A stretch of DNA of 58,671 nucleotides from Candidatus Egerieisoma sp. (GTDB lineage Bacteria; Bacillota; Clostridia; UBA1212; UBA1255). Below the pieces are notes generated by a model that was given only the letters and a program-made list of their open reading frames with translations, was not told the origin of the DNA and did not search any database. The position numbers and the translations under genes were made by a program. The stretch's first letter is position 1. Each line of letters opens with the position of its first letter. Shown piece by piece: positions 1-8,410 of this stretch. The stretch spans positions 1 to 58,671 of the forward strand of contig JAZNOJ010000065.1 of the NCBI GenBank assembly GCA_045580735.1. The letters are read 5' to 3'.

Positions 1-77
1 TTTATCTTTCGACATTTATATTTTAAATGATTTTTTAATTTTACGTCACTTTTCGACAGACTTCATAATATTTATTT

Positions 78-86
78 TGATAAAAT
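78..86 (+). promoter_or_regulatory. Extended -10 promoter (TGnTAAAAT) for the small toxin-like ORF
   Basis: TG at 78-79 and TAAAAT at 81-86, about 10 nt upstream of the structured leader starting near 96. Confidence 0.5.
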
Positions 87-187
87 ATCCTTTATAGGCA
101 AACCATAACGGGTAGGCGGTTGTGCTCCAAGTCCTACAGACGAGTCTAAAATATTGACTCACTCTTGCGGATAAGGAGGTGATTAAT

Positions 188-274
188 ATGACTGACTTTG
201 AATTATTTTCATTATTACTTAGAATAATTGAACTAATTTTAGTTGTTAATTATATTAGAAACACAAAAAAATAA
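188..274 (+). CDS. 28-aa hydrophobic peptide, putative type I toxin (holin-like)
   Basis: Not in the ORF track. AAGGAGGT RBS at 173-180. Translates MTDFELFSLLLRIIELILVVNYIRNTKK*, a hydrophobic core with a basic C-terminus. Confidence 0.75.
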   Translation: MTDFELFSLLLRIIELILVVNYIRNTKK

Positions 275-349
275 CCGCCCCCTGCTCTAAATTGGGCGAT
301 TATTTTTTATCACAAATTACGAGCACAACCGTCTATCGGTTTGCCTTCT
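263..349 (-). ncRNA. Putative antisense antitoxin RNA, convergent with the toxin mRNA 3' region (ends approximate)
   Basis: Minus-strand TTGACA (384-379), 17 bp, TAGTAT (361-356). Terminator-like hairpin with U-tract at 308-264. Confidence 0.55.
265..308. terminator. Bidirectional intrinsic terminator-like hairpin
   Basis: aaaaaataaccgccc...gggcgattatttttt, with A/T runs on both sides. Confidence 0.7.
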
Positions 350-435
350 ATAATTATACTACACTCATATTTTTTTGATGTCAATTAATTTTGTACTAAA
401 AAATGCACTATTCACACTAGCTTTCAACCTATAAA

Positions 436-909
436 TCAATTATTTCTAGAACATTTTTCCGCATCTATTGCAAGAACAAGCATTAAAACATATATCACAT
501 CATTCGAATTTTGAACATCAATCATATACGTATCTGTCCAATTCCAAATTTCCTTCGATATATTCGCTATTTCTCTTCCTATAGAATCATTTATTGTATA
601 TTCCCACTCTGTCCAATTACCAATCACCTCCCAACCATTATAATCAAGAGTAAACTTCGGTGTAAAAAAAGTAAAAGACTTCTCAATATAGCCTATATAT
701 TTATTTTTTAAGTAAATTTCGAATTTAGGTAGCCAACTAAAAAATTTTTCCTCAATATAACCAACCTCATCACCCATAGAATCATATATCCTCAACAGGT
801 GTCCCCATGCTAGTTCGCCTTTTACCACAAACATTATATTTCCCAATTCATCATATATATCATAGCTATCAAACCATGAAAAAATGCGCTGCTTAAATAA
901 CAACTTCAT
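436..909 (-). CDS. LURP-one-related / Tubby-like (scramblase-like) protein
   Basis: KQRIFSWFDSYDIYDE N-terminus, WTDTYMIDV and LAID C-terminal motifs, 157 aa. Confidence 0.85.
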   Translation of the reverse strand: MKLLFKQRIFSWFDSYDIYDELGNIMFVVKGELAWGHLLRIYDSMGDEVGYIEEKFFSWLPKFEIYLKNKYIGYIEKSFTFFTPKFTLDYNGWEVIGNWTEWEYTINDSIGREIANISKEIWNWTDTYMIDVQNSNDVIYVLMLVLAIDAEKCSRNN

Positions 910-923
910 ATTTATCTCCTAAA

Positions 924-1886
924 CTACTTTATACATATTTCTATGTCCCCCGTATCGGTCTTTATCTCACATTTACCTCCTGATGTAGTTTTAGGAACAT
1001 CAATATCTCCTGTATCAGTTTCTACAATGAAGACTTTATCTGTAAGCAAACTTCCATTCACATCACCTGTGTCAGTTTTTATATGAATATCACATGCATC
1101 AGATTCATTAATATCAATATCTCCCGTATCAGTCTCAATATAGAAATTTTCCTTAGCTAGAACATTCTTTAAAAAAATATCACCGGTAGTCCCGATAGCT
1201 TCAATATTTTTACAATCTATATTTTCAAAAAAGGAGTCGCCTGTAGTTGTATTTATTTTCACATTTTCACTACACTCTATATTACTAAGAAGAATATCCC
1301 CCGTTGTAACATCTAAGTCTATAGAATTTACAACTGTATTAGAAACTGTTATTTTTCCTGTAGTAGTCCTAATTTTTATATTTTCAGCAATCGGGGCTAA
1401 ACATTTTACAGTTCCTGTACTTACATCTACATCTATATTACCAAAAGCAAAATCTTCTGGTATTTCAACAATACCTGTTGTACTTTTTATATTAAGTGCA
1501 CTGTATTCGCTTTCAGGCAAATATACTGTTATTTTAGGATTTCCTGTCATTATACCAATATAGTCATACCACTTTCTTTCATCATTTATGCCAATATTTA
1601 ATGTTTCCTCATTAACTTCTGCAAAATGCTTTGTTTTATCTGTTTCATAGCATACTATTTTACATTCATTACTGTTGGATTTTTCAAAATTTATTATATC
1701 AATATCTGTATCTATACAAATATTCTTAAAATCTTCATCTACACTATATGTATTAGTTTCATACTTTTGCAAACTCAACATCGTAAAATCCCAAGCATTT
1801 TTCACCATTGCAGTGCAAAACATTACACCACCCACAACAGTAAAAACACTTGCAATTATAATGGCAATTATAGTTTTCTTTTTCAT
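924..1886 (-). CDS. DUF4097 family beta-strand repeat protein, N-terminal membrane anchor
   Basis: N-terminal TM followed by many (T/D)TGDI repeats, in operon with DUF1700 and PadR. Confidence 0.85.
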   Translation of the reverse strand: MKKKTIIAIIIASVFTVVGGVMFCTAMVKNAWDFTMLSLQKYETNTYSVDEDFKNICIDTDIDIINFEKSNSNECKIVCYETDKTKHFAEVNEETLNIGINDERKWYDYIGIMTGNPKITVYLPESEYSALNIKSTTGIVEIPEDFAFGNIDVDVSTGTVKCLAPIAENIKIRTTTGKITVSNTVVNSIDLDVTTGDILLSNIECSENVKINTTTGDSFFENIDCKNIEAIGTTGDIFLKNVLAKENFYIETDTGDIDINESDACDIHIKTDTGDVNGSLLTDKVFIVETDTGDIDVPKTTSGGKCEIKTDTGDIEICIK

Positions 1887-2497
1887 TCTATTTCCTCCTT
1901 TGCATCAGATTTTCTTATAAACATTTTCTTAATTTCAAGTGTCATCCTCTTTGTAAGGATTACCATAGCTTTTGTAGCCATTTTACATCCTAAAAATGCA
2001 AAAATGCTCAATCCTACACATACAAATCCTGCTCCAATTAAAGCTATTCCTCCCATAGCCTTTCCTATAAACACAAATAGAAAGCCAGTAATTATTCCAT
2101 ACATTGCACAAGCTATTATCGATACAAATATTGCCCAAAATGAAATTATCACAGACCATAAAACTATATATAAAGAAAAAATTATTGTAATCAAAGCAAT
2201 TAGCAACGACAACCAAATAGGTGAACCTAATATTAATAATACAATTTCCCATGTTTTTAGCTTTCTTTTTGGCTTCATTTTTTCTTTCGCAATTTTTGCA
2301 AGCGGAGTATCTGATATTATTTGTGTTGATATTTCATCTAAATCGCCTATTGCCGCAACAGCTTCTTCCTCCGATATTCCTTCTTCCATTCTGTCTTCTA
2401 TCATTTCTACATAAAAGTTTATTCTTTCTTCTGTTTCTTTTTTAGGCAAATTTTTCAATTTTTCATTAAGAGTCAATATAAATTGAACTTTAGTCAT
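1883..2497 (-). CDS. DUF1700 domain membrane protein
   Basis: MTKVQFILTL...FYVEMIEDRMEEGISEEEAVAAIG motif followed by TM helices. Confidence 0.85.
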   Translation of the reverse strand: MTKVQFILTLNEKLKNLPKKETEERINFYVEMIEDRMEEGISEEEAVAAIGDLDEISTQIISDTPLAKIAKEKMKPKRKLKTWEIVLLILGSPIWLSLLIALITIIFSLYIVLWSVIISFWAIFVSIIACAMYGIITGFLFVFIGKAMGGIALIGAGFVCVGLSIFAFLGCKMATKAMVILTKRMTLEIKKMFIRKSDAKEEIE

Positions 2498-2810
2498 CTA
2501 AATTTTCCTCCTTTGCAATAAATTGGTATATATTAATCATTTCTTTCCATTCTATTTTAAATTCTTCAATTCTGTCTATTCCATTATTTGTAATTTTATA
2601 GTATTTGCGCAATCTTCCATTATGTTCTGCACTACGTACTGTTAACATTTCCAGCATTTCCAAACGCTTTAAAATTGTATAAAGTGTCGATTCAGAAAGC
2701 TCAATATATGGCCTTAAATCTTTAATAATCTTATATCCATAAGACTCATCATCTCTAATAGCTGCCAAAACACATACATCTAAAAGACCTCGTTTTAATT
2801 GTCCATCCAT
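2490..2810 (-). CDS. PadR family transcriptional regulator
   Basis: QLKRGLLDVCVL, YGYKII, ESTLYTILKRLE, GRLRKYYKIT. Start moved to ATG 2810 with AGGAGG RBS. Confidence 0.92.
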   Translation of the reverse strand: MDGQLKRGLLDVCVLAAIRDDESYGYKIIKDLRPYIELSESTLYTILKRLEMLEMLTVRSAEHNGRLRKYYKITNNGIDRIEEFKIEWKEMINIYQFIAKEENLDD

Positions 2811-2827
2811 ACAATGCCTCCTTCTTT

Positions 2828-2875
2828 GATATACATCGTACCACGAAGTATATCGCATCAAATAATGATTGTCAA
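2828..2875 (-). promoter_or_regulatory. sigmaA promoter of the padR operon with overlapping 12-3-12 inverted repeat (candidate PadR operator)
   Basis: TTGACA (2875-2870), 17 bp, TATACT (2852-2847). IR gatatacatcgt-acc-acgaagtatatc at 2828-2854 has one mismatch. Confidence 0.7.
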
Positions 2876-3073
2876 GCAAATATAAATACATTTTCACATA
2901 CCACACATCTAACTATTTTTTATATTTCATCCTACGACTTTAGATTTATATCTTTTTACCTAACTCATCTTAGCAGAACGTAAACATAGTGAAAAATAAC
3001 AAGGCCTGAAAAGTCTTAAAATAATAAGCATATATATTTCTAAACAAAATAGTATGGAAAGTATCTCTGGAAA

Positions 3074-4165
3074 CTACCTTCCCAATTCCTTTCTTTTTGC
3101 TCTTCTAACACGATTAATATGTCTTTCAAAGTCCCCATTATTAATCAATTCCGCCAAAACAAGCTGAAGATAAGTAGGCACTGTGCAAGAAAGAAAACCA
3201 AGCTTTTCTTCGTATTCGTCAGCAAGCTTTTTGGGTAAAACCATATATCCGATACGAAAAGATGTAGATACCGTCTTTGAAAATGTGTTCATGTAAATTA
3301 CATTATCCCTAAGTGAATGTGAAAACAATGTTTCTTCAGGCTTTCTTGATACTGAAAATTCAGACTCAAAATCATCTTCAATAATATATCTATTCCCCTT
3401 TTCTGCCCACCTAAGATACTCGTGCCGTTTTGAAGCAGTCGCAGTGACACCGCTTGGATAACTTCTATATGGCGAAATATGCAATACATCTGCAAAACAA
3501 TTCTTGAGTGCAACACTATCAATTCCATCATGTGTAAGAGGAAGCATTTTCAAAGAAACATCAGATGCCTTATATACCTGTTCAATTTTTTTATATGAGG
3601 GAGCTTCAATAGCATATATGCACTCTCTTCCAAGCAGTTCTACAAGCAAAGTATATAAATGTTCAGAACCAGACCCAATTATGACCTGATTTATATTTGC
3701 AACAATACCTCGATTCCTTGCAAGATAAGAACATATCGCCTCTCTCAGCTCCAATGTACCTGCGTTTGGAGATCGCTCTAACATATTTTCCCCTTCATCA
3801 TTTATCACCTTGCGCATCGTTTTGGCCAAAATTGAAAAAGGTAAGTCTGTATTTGTTTCAACATGATTACTTGACTGCAACCTTTTTACGATTTTCCTCT
3901 TTGGTAAGCCTACAAAGCCATCATCAGCATGAAAAATTACGAAATATCCACTTCTTTCTCGAGCTTCTACATATCCTTCATCACAAAGCAAAGCATATGT
4001 ATGCTCAACTGTTATGGTGCTTACATTACTATCTAATGCAATTGTCCTTTTAGACGGAAGCTTGCTGCCTGCTGGATATATTCCCTTAACAATATCATCC
4101 CGCAACTGAAAGTATAACTGCTGATATGCAGGAATTTTAGAATTTGTATCAATTATGTATTTCAT
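3074..4165 (-). CDS. MocR/GabR (GntR wHTH + PLP aminotransferase-like) regulator, short form
   Basis: GSKLPSKRTIA...TVEHTYALL HTH, YIIEDDFESEF, YMNTFSKT (PLP Lys). Start moved to ATG 4165 with AGGAG RBS. Confidence 0.88.
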   Translation of the reverse strand: MKYIIDTNSKIPAYQQLYFQLRDDIVKGIYPAGSKLPSKRTIALDSNVSTITVEHTYALLCDEGYVEARERSGYFVIFHADDGFVGLPKRKIVKRLQSSNHVETNTDLPFSILAKTMRKVINDEGENMLERSPNAGTLELREAICSYLARNRGIVANINQVIIGSGSEHLYTLLVELLGRECIYAIEAPSYKKIEQVYKASDVSLKMLPLTHDGIDSVALKNCFADVLHISPYRSYPSGVTATASKRHEYLRWAEKGNRYIIEDDFESEFSVSRKPEETLFSHSLRDNVIYMNTFSKTVSTSFRIGYMVLPKKLADEYEEKLGFLSCTVPTYLQLVLAELINNGDFERHINRVRRAKRKELGR

Positions 4166-4359
4166 CTGGTAATATAATATTCTCCTTTTCAAGCATAATA
4201 ATATTATCAGAATTATTATACTCAAATGATATCGTTCAATCAACAATAATTAACACGCTCTTTTATATTTTTATAATTTTTTATGCGTACATATATTTTC
4301 AAAAGTGAATGTTTAGTTGAATTATGAAGGTTTATTGAAAAAGAGAATGCTGTAAAGAC

Positions 4360-4398
4360 AGCCAATTCATCGCCATCTATAGAAGATGGGGTATTCTT
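4360..4398 (-). mobile_element. Orphan IS200/IS605 left-end-like hairpin
   Basis: agccaattcatc is identical to 8508-8519, followed by hairpin ccatct..agatgg and tattctt. No adjacent transposase. Confidence 0.5.
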
Positions 4399-4526
4399 CA
4401 CTCTATCGTAAGACAAGAGTTAATAAATTTTATACGTTTTCTTTTATCCTTAGGATTATGACTATTCTTTGTAAAACTTTATCTCTCGATAAAAATCCCT
4501 ACAAATGGCACCAATTTGCCTTATAT

Positions 4527-4574
4527 AAAAAAGAATGGCTTGAATATAATCAAACCATTCTCTAAAAATAAAAT
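4527..4574. repeat. 48-bp direct repeat copy 1 (contains minus-strand terminator)
   Basis: aaaaaagaatggcttgaatataatcaaaccattctctaaaaataaaat, identical to 5065-5112. Confidence 0.95.
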
Positions 4575-4618
4575 TTTTAACACATTATTATATTTAAAAC
4601 GACAAAGCATGCGAAAAT

Positions 4619-4981
4619 TTATAGTAAAAGATTTAATAAATTCACCATAAAAAAGAAATATCCAACCATTCCAAGTATAGTAAGAACTGTAAAGAACACT
4701 ACACAGTTTTTTATGGTTCTTATCATGTTTAATTGTTTATATTTTAAATATTCTTGTATTTCTGCTTCCGTTAAATCAGCTTCTTGTGCACTATAAAATT
4801 CATCCATAGATGAGCCAGTATCATATTCATATGGATATATTCCTTTAGGTAAATTTCCGCCCTGCATTAGTATTTTTTCATACTCCTTGTTTTCTAGTTT
4901 AGAACAGGGAATTTTTTTCATCAAACCAAATGTAAATCTGTTTTCCCTTAATTCAGCCCGAATATTATTATTTTTCGACAT
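4619..4981 (-). CDS. Hypothetical protein with C-terminal transmembrane helix
   Basis: 120-aa ORF, GGAGGT RBS, own promoter TTGAAA-17-TAAAAT (5038-5010). Confidence 0.75.
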   Translation of the reverse strand: MSKNNNIRAELRENRFTFGLMKKIPCSKLENKEYEKILMQGGNLPKGIYPYEYDTGSSMDEFYSAQEADLTEAEIQEYLKYKQLNMIRTIKNCVVFFTVLTILGMVGYFFFMVNLLNLLL

Positions 4982-5064
4982 ATTTTATACCTCCAATCAA
5001 TAATGTGCTATTTTAACATCTATTTGTAATTCTTTCAAATTATTTGGTGCTTAATAAAAAAACA

Positions 5065-5112
5065 AAAAAAGAATGGCTTGAATATAATCAAACCATTCTC
5101 TAAAAATAAAAT
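5065..5112. repeat. 48-bp direct repeat copy 2 (rubrerythrin terminator)
   Basis: Identical to 4527-4574. Hairpin plus U-tract on the minus strand downstream of the rubrerythrin gene. Confidence 0.95.
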
Positions 5113-5160
5113 ATCCTTCAAACTATCTTGCTGAACTTTGTCTCAAAATGATAGTAATTA

Positions 5161-5709
5161 TTATTTAAAGTATCTATTAAGAAGTCCCTCAAATGCTTTG
5201 CCATGACGAGCTTCATCCTTAGCCATCTCATGTACTGTATCATGAATTGCATCAAGGTTAAGCTTCTTAGCAAGTGTAGCTAAATCCTTCTTACCCTGTG
5301 TAGCACCATGCTCAGCAGCAACACGAAGCTCAAGATTCTTCTTTGTACTATCTGTTACGCACTCTCCTAACAATTCTGCAAATTTAGCGGCATGCTCAGC
5401 TTCTTCCCAAGCTGCTTTTTCCCAATATAAACCAATTTCTGGATATCCTTCTCTGTGAGCAACTCTTGCCATAGCCAAATACATACCAACTTCTGTACAT
5501 TCACCTTCAAAATTTGCTCTAAGGCCGGCTATAACCTCTTCATCAACACCTTTAGCAATTCCAACTACATGCTCATCAGCAAAAACAAGAGCACCATCGT
5601 TAGACTGTTCTTTGAATTTATCAGCTGGTTGCTTACATACAGGGCAGAATTCAGGCGCACTATCTCCCTCGTGAACATAACCACAAATTGTACATACAAA
5701 CTTTTTCAT
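5161..5709 (-). CDS. Reverse rubrerythrin (NADH peroxidase)
   Basis: N-terminal rubredoxin CTICG...CPVC followed by ferritin-like EExxH motifs (EEAEHA, DEARHG). Start ATG 5709. Confidence 0.93.
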   Translation of the reverse strand: MKKFVCTICGYVHEGDSAPEFCPVCKQPADKFKEQSNDGALVFADEHVVGIAKGVDEEVIAGLRANFEGECTEVGMYLAMARVAHREGYPEIGLYWEKAAWEEAEHAAKFAELLGECVTDSTKKNLELRVAAEHGATQGKKDLATLAKKLNLDAIHDTVHEMAKDEARHGKAFEGLLNRYFK

Positions 5710-5765
5710 AATATAATACCTCCGATTTAATTTTCTAACTATTGTAATAAAGCTGTCATTTATCA

Positions 5766-5817
5766 ATAACAGTAATAATTACTGTTATCAGTATATCATT
5801 AATTTTTATTCTGTCAA
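5766..5817 (-). promoter_or_regulatory. Rubrerythrin promoter with perfect 11-1-11 palindrome (PerR/Fur-like operator)
   Basis: ataacagtaat-a-attactgttat (5766-5788) just downstream of TTGACA (5817-5812), 16 bp, TATACT (5795-5790). Confidence 0.7.
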
Positions 5818-6116
5818 CACTTTTTTTGAATCTAATTTTAACATATTTATAAAAACATGTTTTATATTACTAATAGGCTACCTTTATTATACAATATTAT
5901 CAATAATTATAATCCTTCATCTCGCATATCTTTTTTCTAATGGTATAAAACCAATATTAATTCACCTTTTTTGCACATAAAATCAACCCATTTTTCTATC
6001 GAAATTACAATCACTGCCAGCAAAATCATTTATCTATGACTAAAATATTTTCAAGATTTAAATTTTCAAAGCATTTTCACTTATTTTGTGATAGAATAAC
6101 CTTGGAGTGAGTTAAT

Positions 6117-6707
6117 ATGAATTACAAACTAATTTTAGCTTCTGCGTCACCTCGACGCAGAGAACTGATTAAATATTTAGGCATGCCCTTTGATTGCTTA
6201 AGCGTCGACACAGACGAATCAATCGAAGAAAGATCCCCAAAACAAGCTGTAATGGCAGTTTCCCTACGAAAAGCACGTGCCGCTTTAAAGCTTAAACCCT
6301 TACAAGAAGGTGAAATTATTATTGGCGCTGATACCATAGTTGCAACAGACAATGAAATTTTAGGCAAACCTAAAAATGATATCGATGCCTTTAATACGCT
6401 CAAAAAGCTTCAAGGCAAATCACATTATGTCTACACCGGAGTAACATTCATTTATACCAAGAAAAATGAACATGACATCCTCCAAATATTAGAAAAAACC
6501 TTCTACGAAAAAACAGAAGTGCATTTTATGGAGATTTCAAATTACGAAATAGAATGCTATATTAAAACTGGCGATTGTAATGACAAAGCAGGTAGCTATG
6601 CTATTCAAGGTGAATTTTCCAAGCACATTTCTGGAATCAATGGTGACTACAACAATGTAGTTGGATTCCCTGTAGCACGAATTTACAAAGAGCTAAAGCT
6701 TTTGTAA
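6117..6707 (+). CDS. maf: Maf family nucleoside triphosphate pyrophosphatase
   Basis: LILASASPRRRELI, GADTIV, DKAGSYAIQG, NVVGFP. Confidence 0.95.
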   Translation: MNYKLILASASPRRRELIKYLGMPFDCLSVDTDESIEERSPKQAVMAVSLRKARAALKLKPLQEGEIIIGADTIVATDNEILGKPKNDIDAFNTLKKLQGKSHYVYTGVTFIYTKKNEHDILQILEKTFYEKTEVHFMEISNYEIECYIKTGDCNDKAGSYAIQGEFSKHISGINGDYNNVVGFPVARIYKELKLL

Positions 6708-6808
6708 TATTACAGCTTTTACCATTTACTCATATCCCTCCTATTGTTATGCTTTATGTGCCTATTGAAAAAAGCTTTCACAGGTAATATTACAAAGGAG
6801 GGTAATAA

Positions 6809-7792
6809 ATGAATAGAAAAATATTTACTTATACAGTATTTTTAATGTGCTTCATTTTGCATTTTTCAATTTTCCCAATTCAAACCGAAGCATCCTCGTT
6901 GATTCCAAAATATGCTGGAGTAGTAAAAACATCATACGGAAAGCTTAATGTAAGAAGCAGCCCTAGCACAAATGCTGCTATTGCTGATTCATTGCAAAGC
7001 GGAAGCTATGTTTCTATAATTTCTGAAAGCGGAAGCTTTTACAGGGTTTCATATAAAAATAGTAAAATTGGGTACTGCCATAAGGATTATATTATAAAAC
7101 AAACAGGAAGTTATGGTGCTTATGTGAATACATCCTCGACAAGCTTAAATGTAAGAAGCGGTCCTGGAACTAATTACTCGATAAAAACTACACTTCCAAA
7201 AAATGAGAAGGTTGTTGTACTTTCATCATCTGGCACATTCCTAAAGATTTTATATAAAGCAAGTAATATTGGATATGCATCTAGCGCATATATTAAAGCT
7301 AATACCAATTCAGCTTCTAATTCTAGTAAAATTTCTCTAAATGTACCTAACTACAAACAATTTGATAGCAAGTGGAAAAACACACGTCTTGGCAACTCAT
7401 CAAAAACAATTTCCCAGGCAGGATGTTTAACAACTGCCGTAGCAATGGAAAAGTCTTTTCATTATGGATACAGCATAACACCTAATAATGTAGCTCGAAG
7501 CGAGAAATACACATCTGGAGGCTCGCTATATTGGCCAAGTGAATATACATTTATTTACTATAATGACCTTACAAAATACAAAAATCTTGTATCCAAAAAT
7601 ACTCCCATAATTGTGGGATCAAAAAATTCATATGGTAGTCAACATTGGATAATAATAACAGGTTATATAGCAAATGGAAACATTTCAGCCGATGATTTTA
7701 CGATTAATGATCCTGGTTCAAACACACGTAAAACTCTACAAAATTTCTATAGCTCTTTTCCATATTTTTATAAGGCTGCATATAGATCATAA
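6809..7792 (+). CDS. Secreted protein: signal peptide + 2 SH3b domains + C39-like cysteine peptidase
   Basis: LNVRSSPST / LNVRSGPGTNY SH3b motifs, YKQFD..W, AGCLTTA (Cys), QHW (His), INDP (Asp). Confidence 0.82.
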   Translation: MNRKIFTYTVFLMCFILHFSIFPIQTEASSLIPKYAGVVKTSYGKLNVRSSPSTNAAIADSLQSGSYVSIISESGSFYRVSYKNSKIGYCHKDYIIKQTGSYGAYVNTSSTSLNVRSGPGTNYSIKTTLPKNEKVVVLSSSGTFLKILYKASNIGYASSAYIKANTNSASNSSKISLNVPNYKQFDSKWKNTRLGNSSKTISQAGCLTTAVAMEKSFHYGYSITPNNVARSEKYTSGGSLYWPSEYTFIYYNDLTKYKNLVSKNTPIIVGSKNSYGSQHWIIITGYIANGNISADDFTINDPGSNTRKTLQNFYSSFPYFYKAAYRS

Positions 7793-7895
7793 TTGAACCT
7801 CTCTTCACTAAAGTGACGAGATTCTTGGAAACAGGCTTCTAACGAAGCCTTGTTTACCAAGCTATCCCCATAGTTCCTACGGTTCTTTACTTGTT
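7793..7895 (-). ncRNA. TnpB omegaRNA (reRNA) scaffold / IS right end; 5' end may extend into tnpB
   Basis: After the tnpB stop: aaccgtaggaactatggggatagcttggtaaacaaggcttcgttagaagcctgtttccaagaatctcgtcactttagtgaagagaggttcaa, with nested hairpins typical of IS605 right ends. Confidence 0.7.
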
Positions 7896-8410
7896 TTATA
7901 TAGCTGCAAGTATTTTCAGCCCCTCGTTTCGTATGTTAATTGCCGCATTTACATCCCTGTCTAGTTTACTGTTACATTTTGGACACGTCCACTCTCTAAC
8001 CGATAAGTCCTTTGCGACAGGAAATTGTTCACCACAGCAACTACATATTTGAGAGCTTGGAAACCACTTATCTACTTTTACAAGTTCTCTTCCATACCAA
8101 TCTGCTTTGTATTCTAACTGTCTTACGAATTCAGACCAACTCACATCCGCTATATCACGCGCAAGTTTATGATTCTTTATCATAAAATGACCTCCCCACA
8201 GTTTTCTTTTAAGTGCATCCCTAAACTCTTTCATGAGAAGTCTTGCCGAAACACCTTTCATAGCCTTTATTATATCAGGGTTATAATGTTGAGGTGAAGA
8301 ATTAATCGTTGTTCTACTCGCCCCTCCAACACTTTATGTCTATACTTCACGCACCATACTATATGATATTGCATGGAATATACATATCCTCTGCCATTTA
8401 CAACATCCAT
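7896..8410 (-). pseudogene. tnpA (Y1 HUH transposase) remnant fused in frame to the tnpB C-terminus
   Basis: ATG 8410 with GGAGGT RBS: [31 protein letters not shown]. Then [18 protein letters not shown] (TnpA) joined to [38 protein letters not shown] (TnpB zinc finger/RuvC-III). Confidence 0.88.

Noticed and set aside
924-1500. TDTGD/TTGD repeats
   Set aside because: Normal beta-solenoid repeats of DUF4097 proteins
1626-2445. Long antisense ORFs here and at 17493-17996, 22660-23313, 27320-28162 and elsewhere
   Set aside because: Opposite well-supported genes, with no RBS or recognisable motifs. Typical codon-bias shadows
2929-2945. cctacgactttag resembling half an IS605 end hairpin
   Set aside because: No complementary arm or terminal motif, too short to support
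7896-8261. Functional TnpB/Cas12f-like nuclease
   Set aside because: Only the C-terminal ~95 aa remain. The N-terminal domains and first RuvC motif are missing
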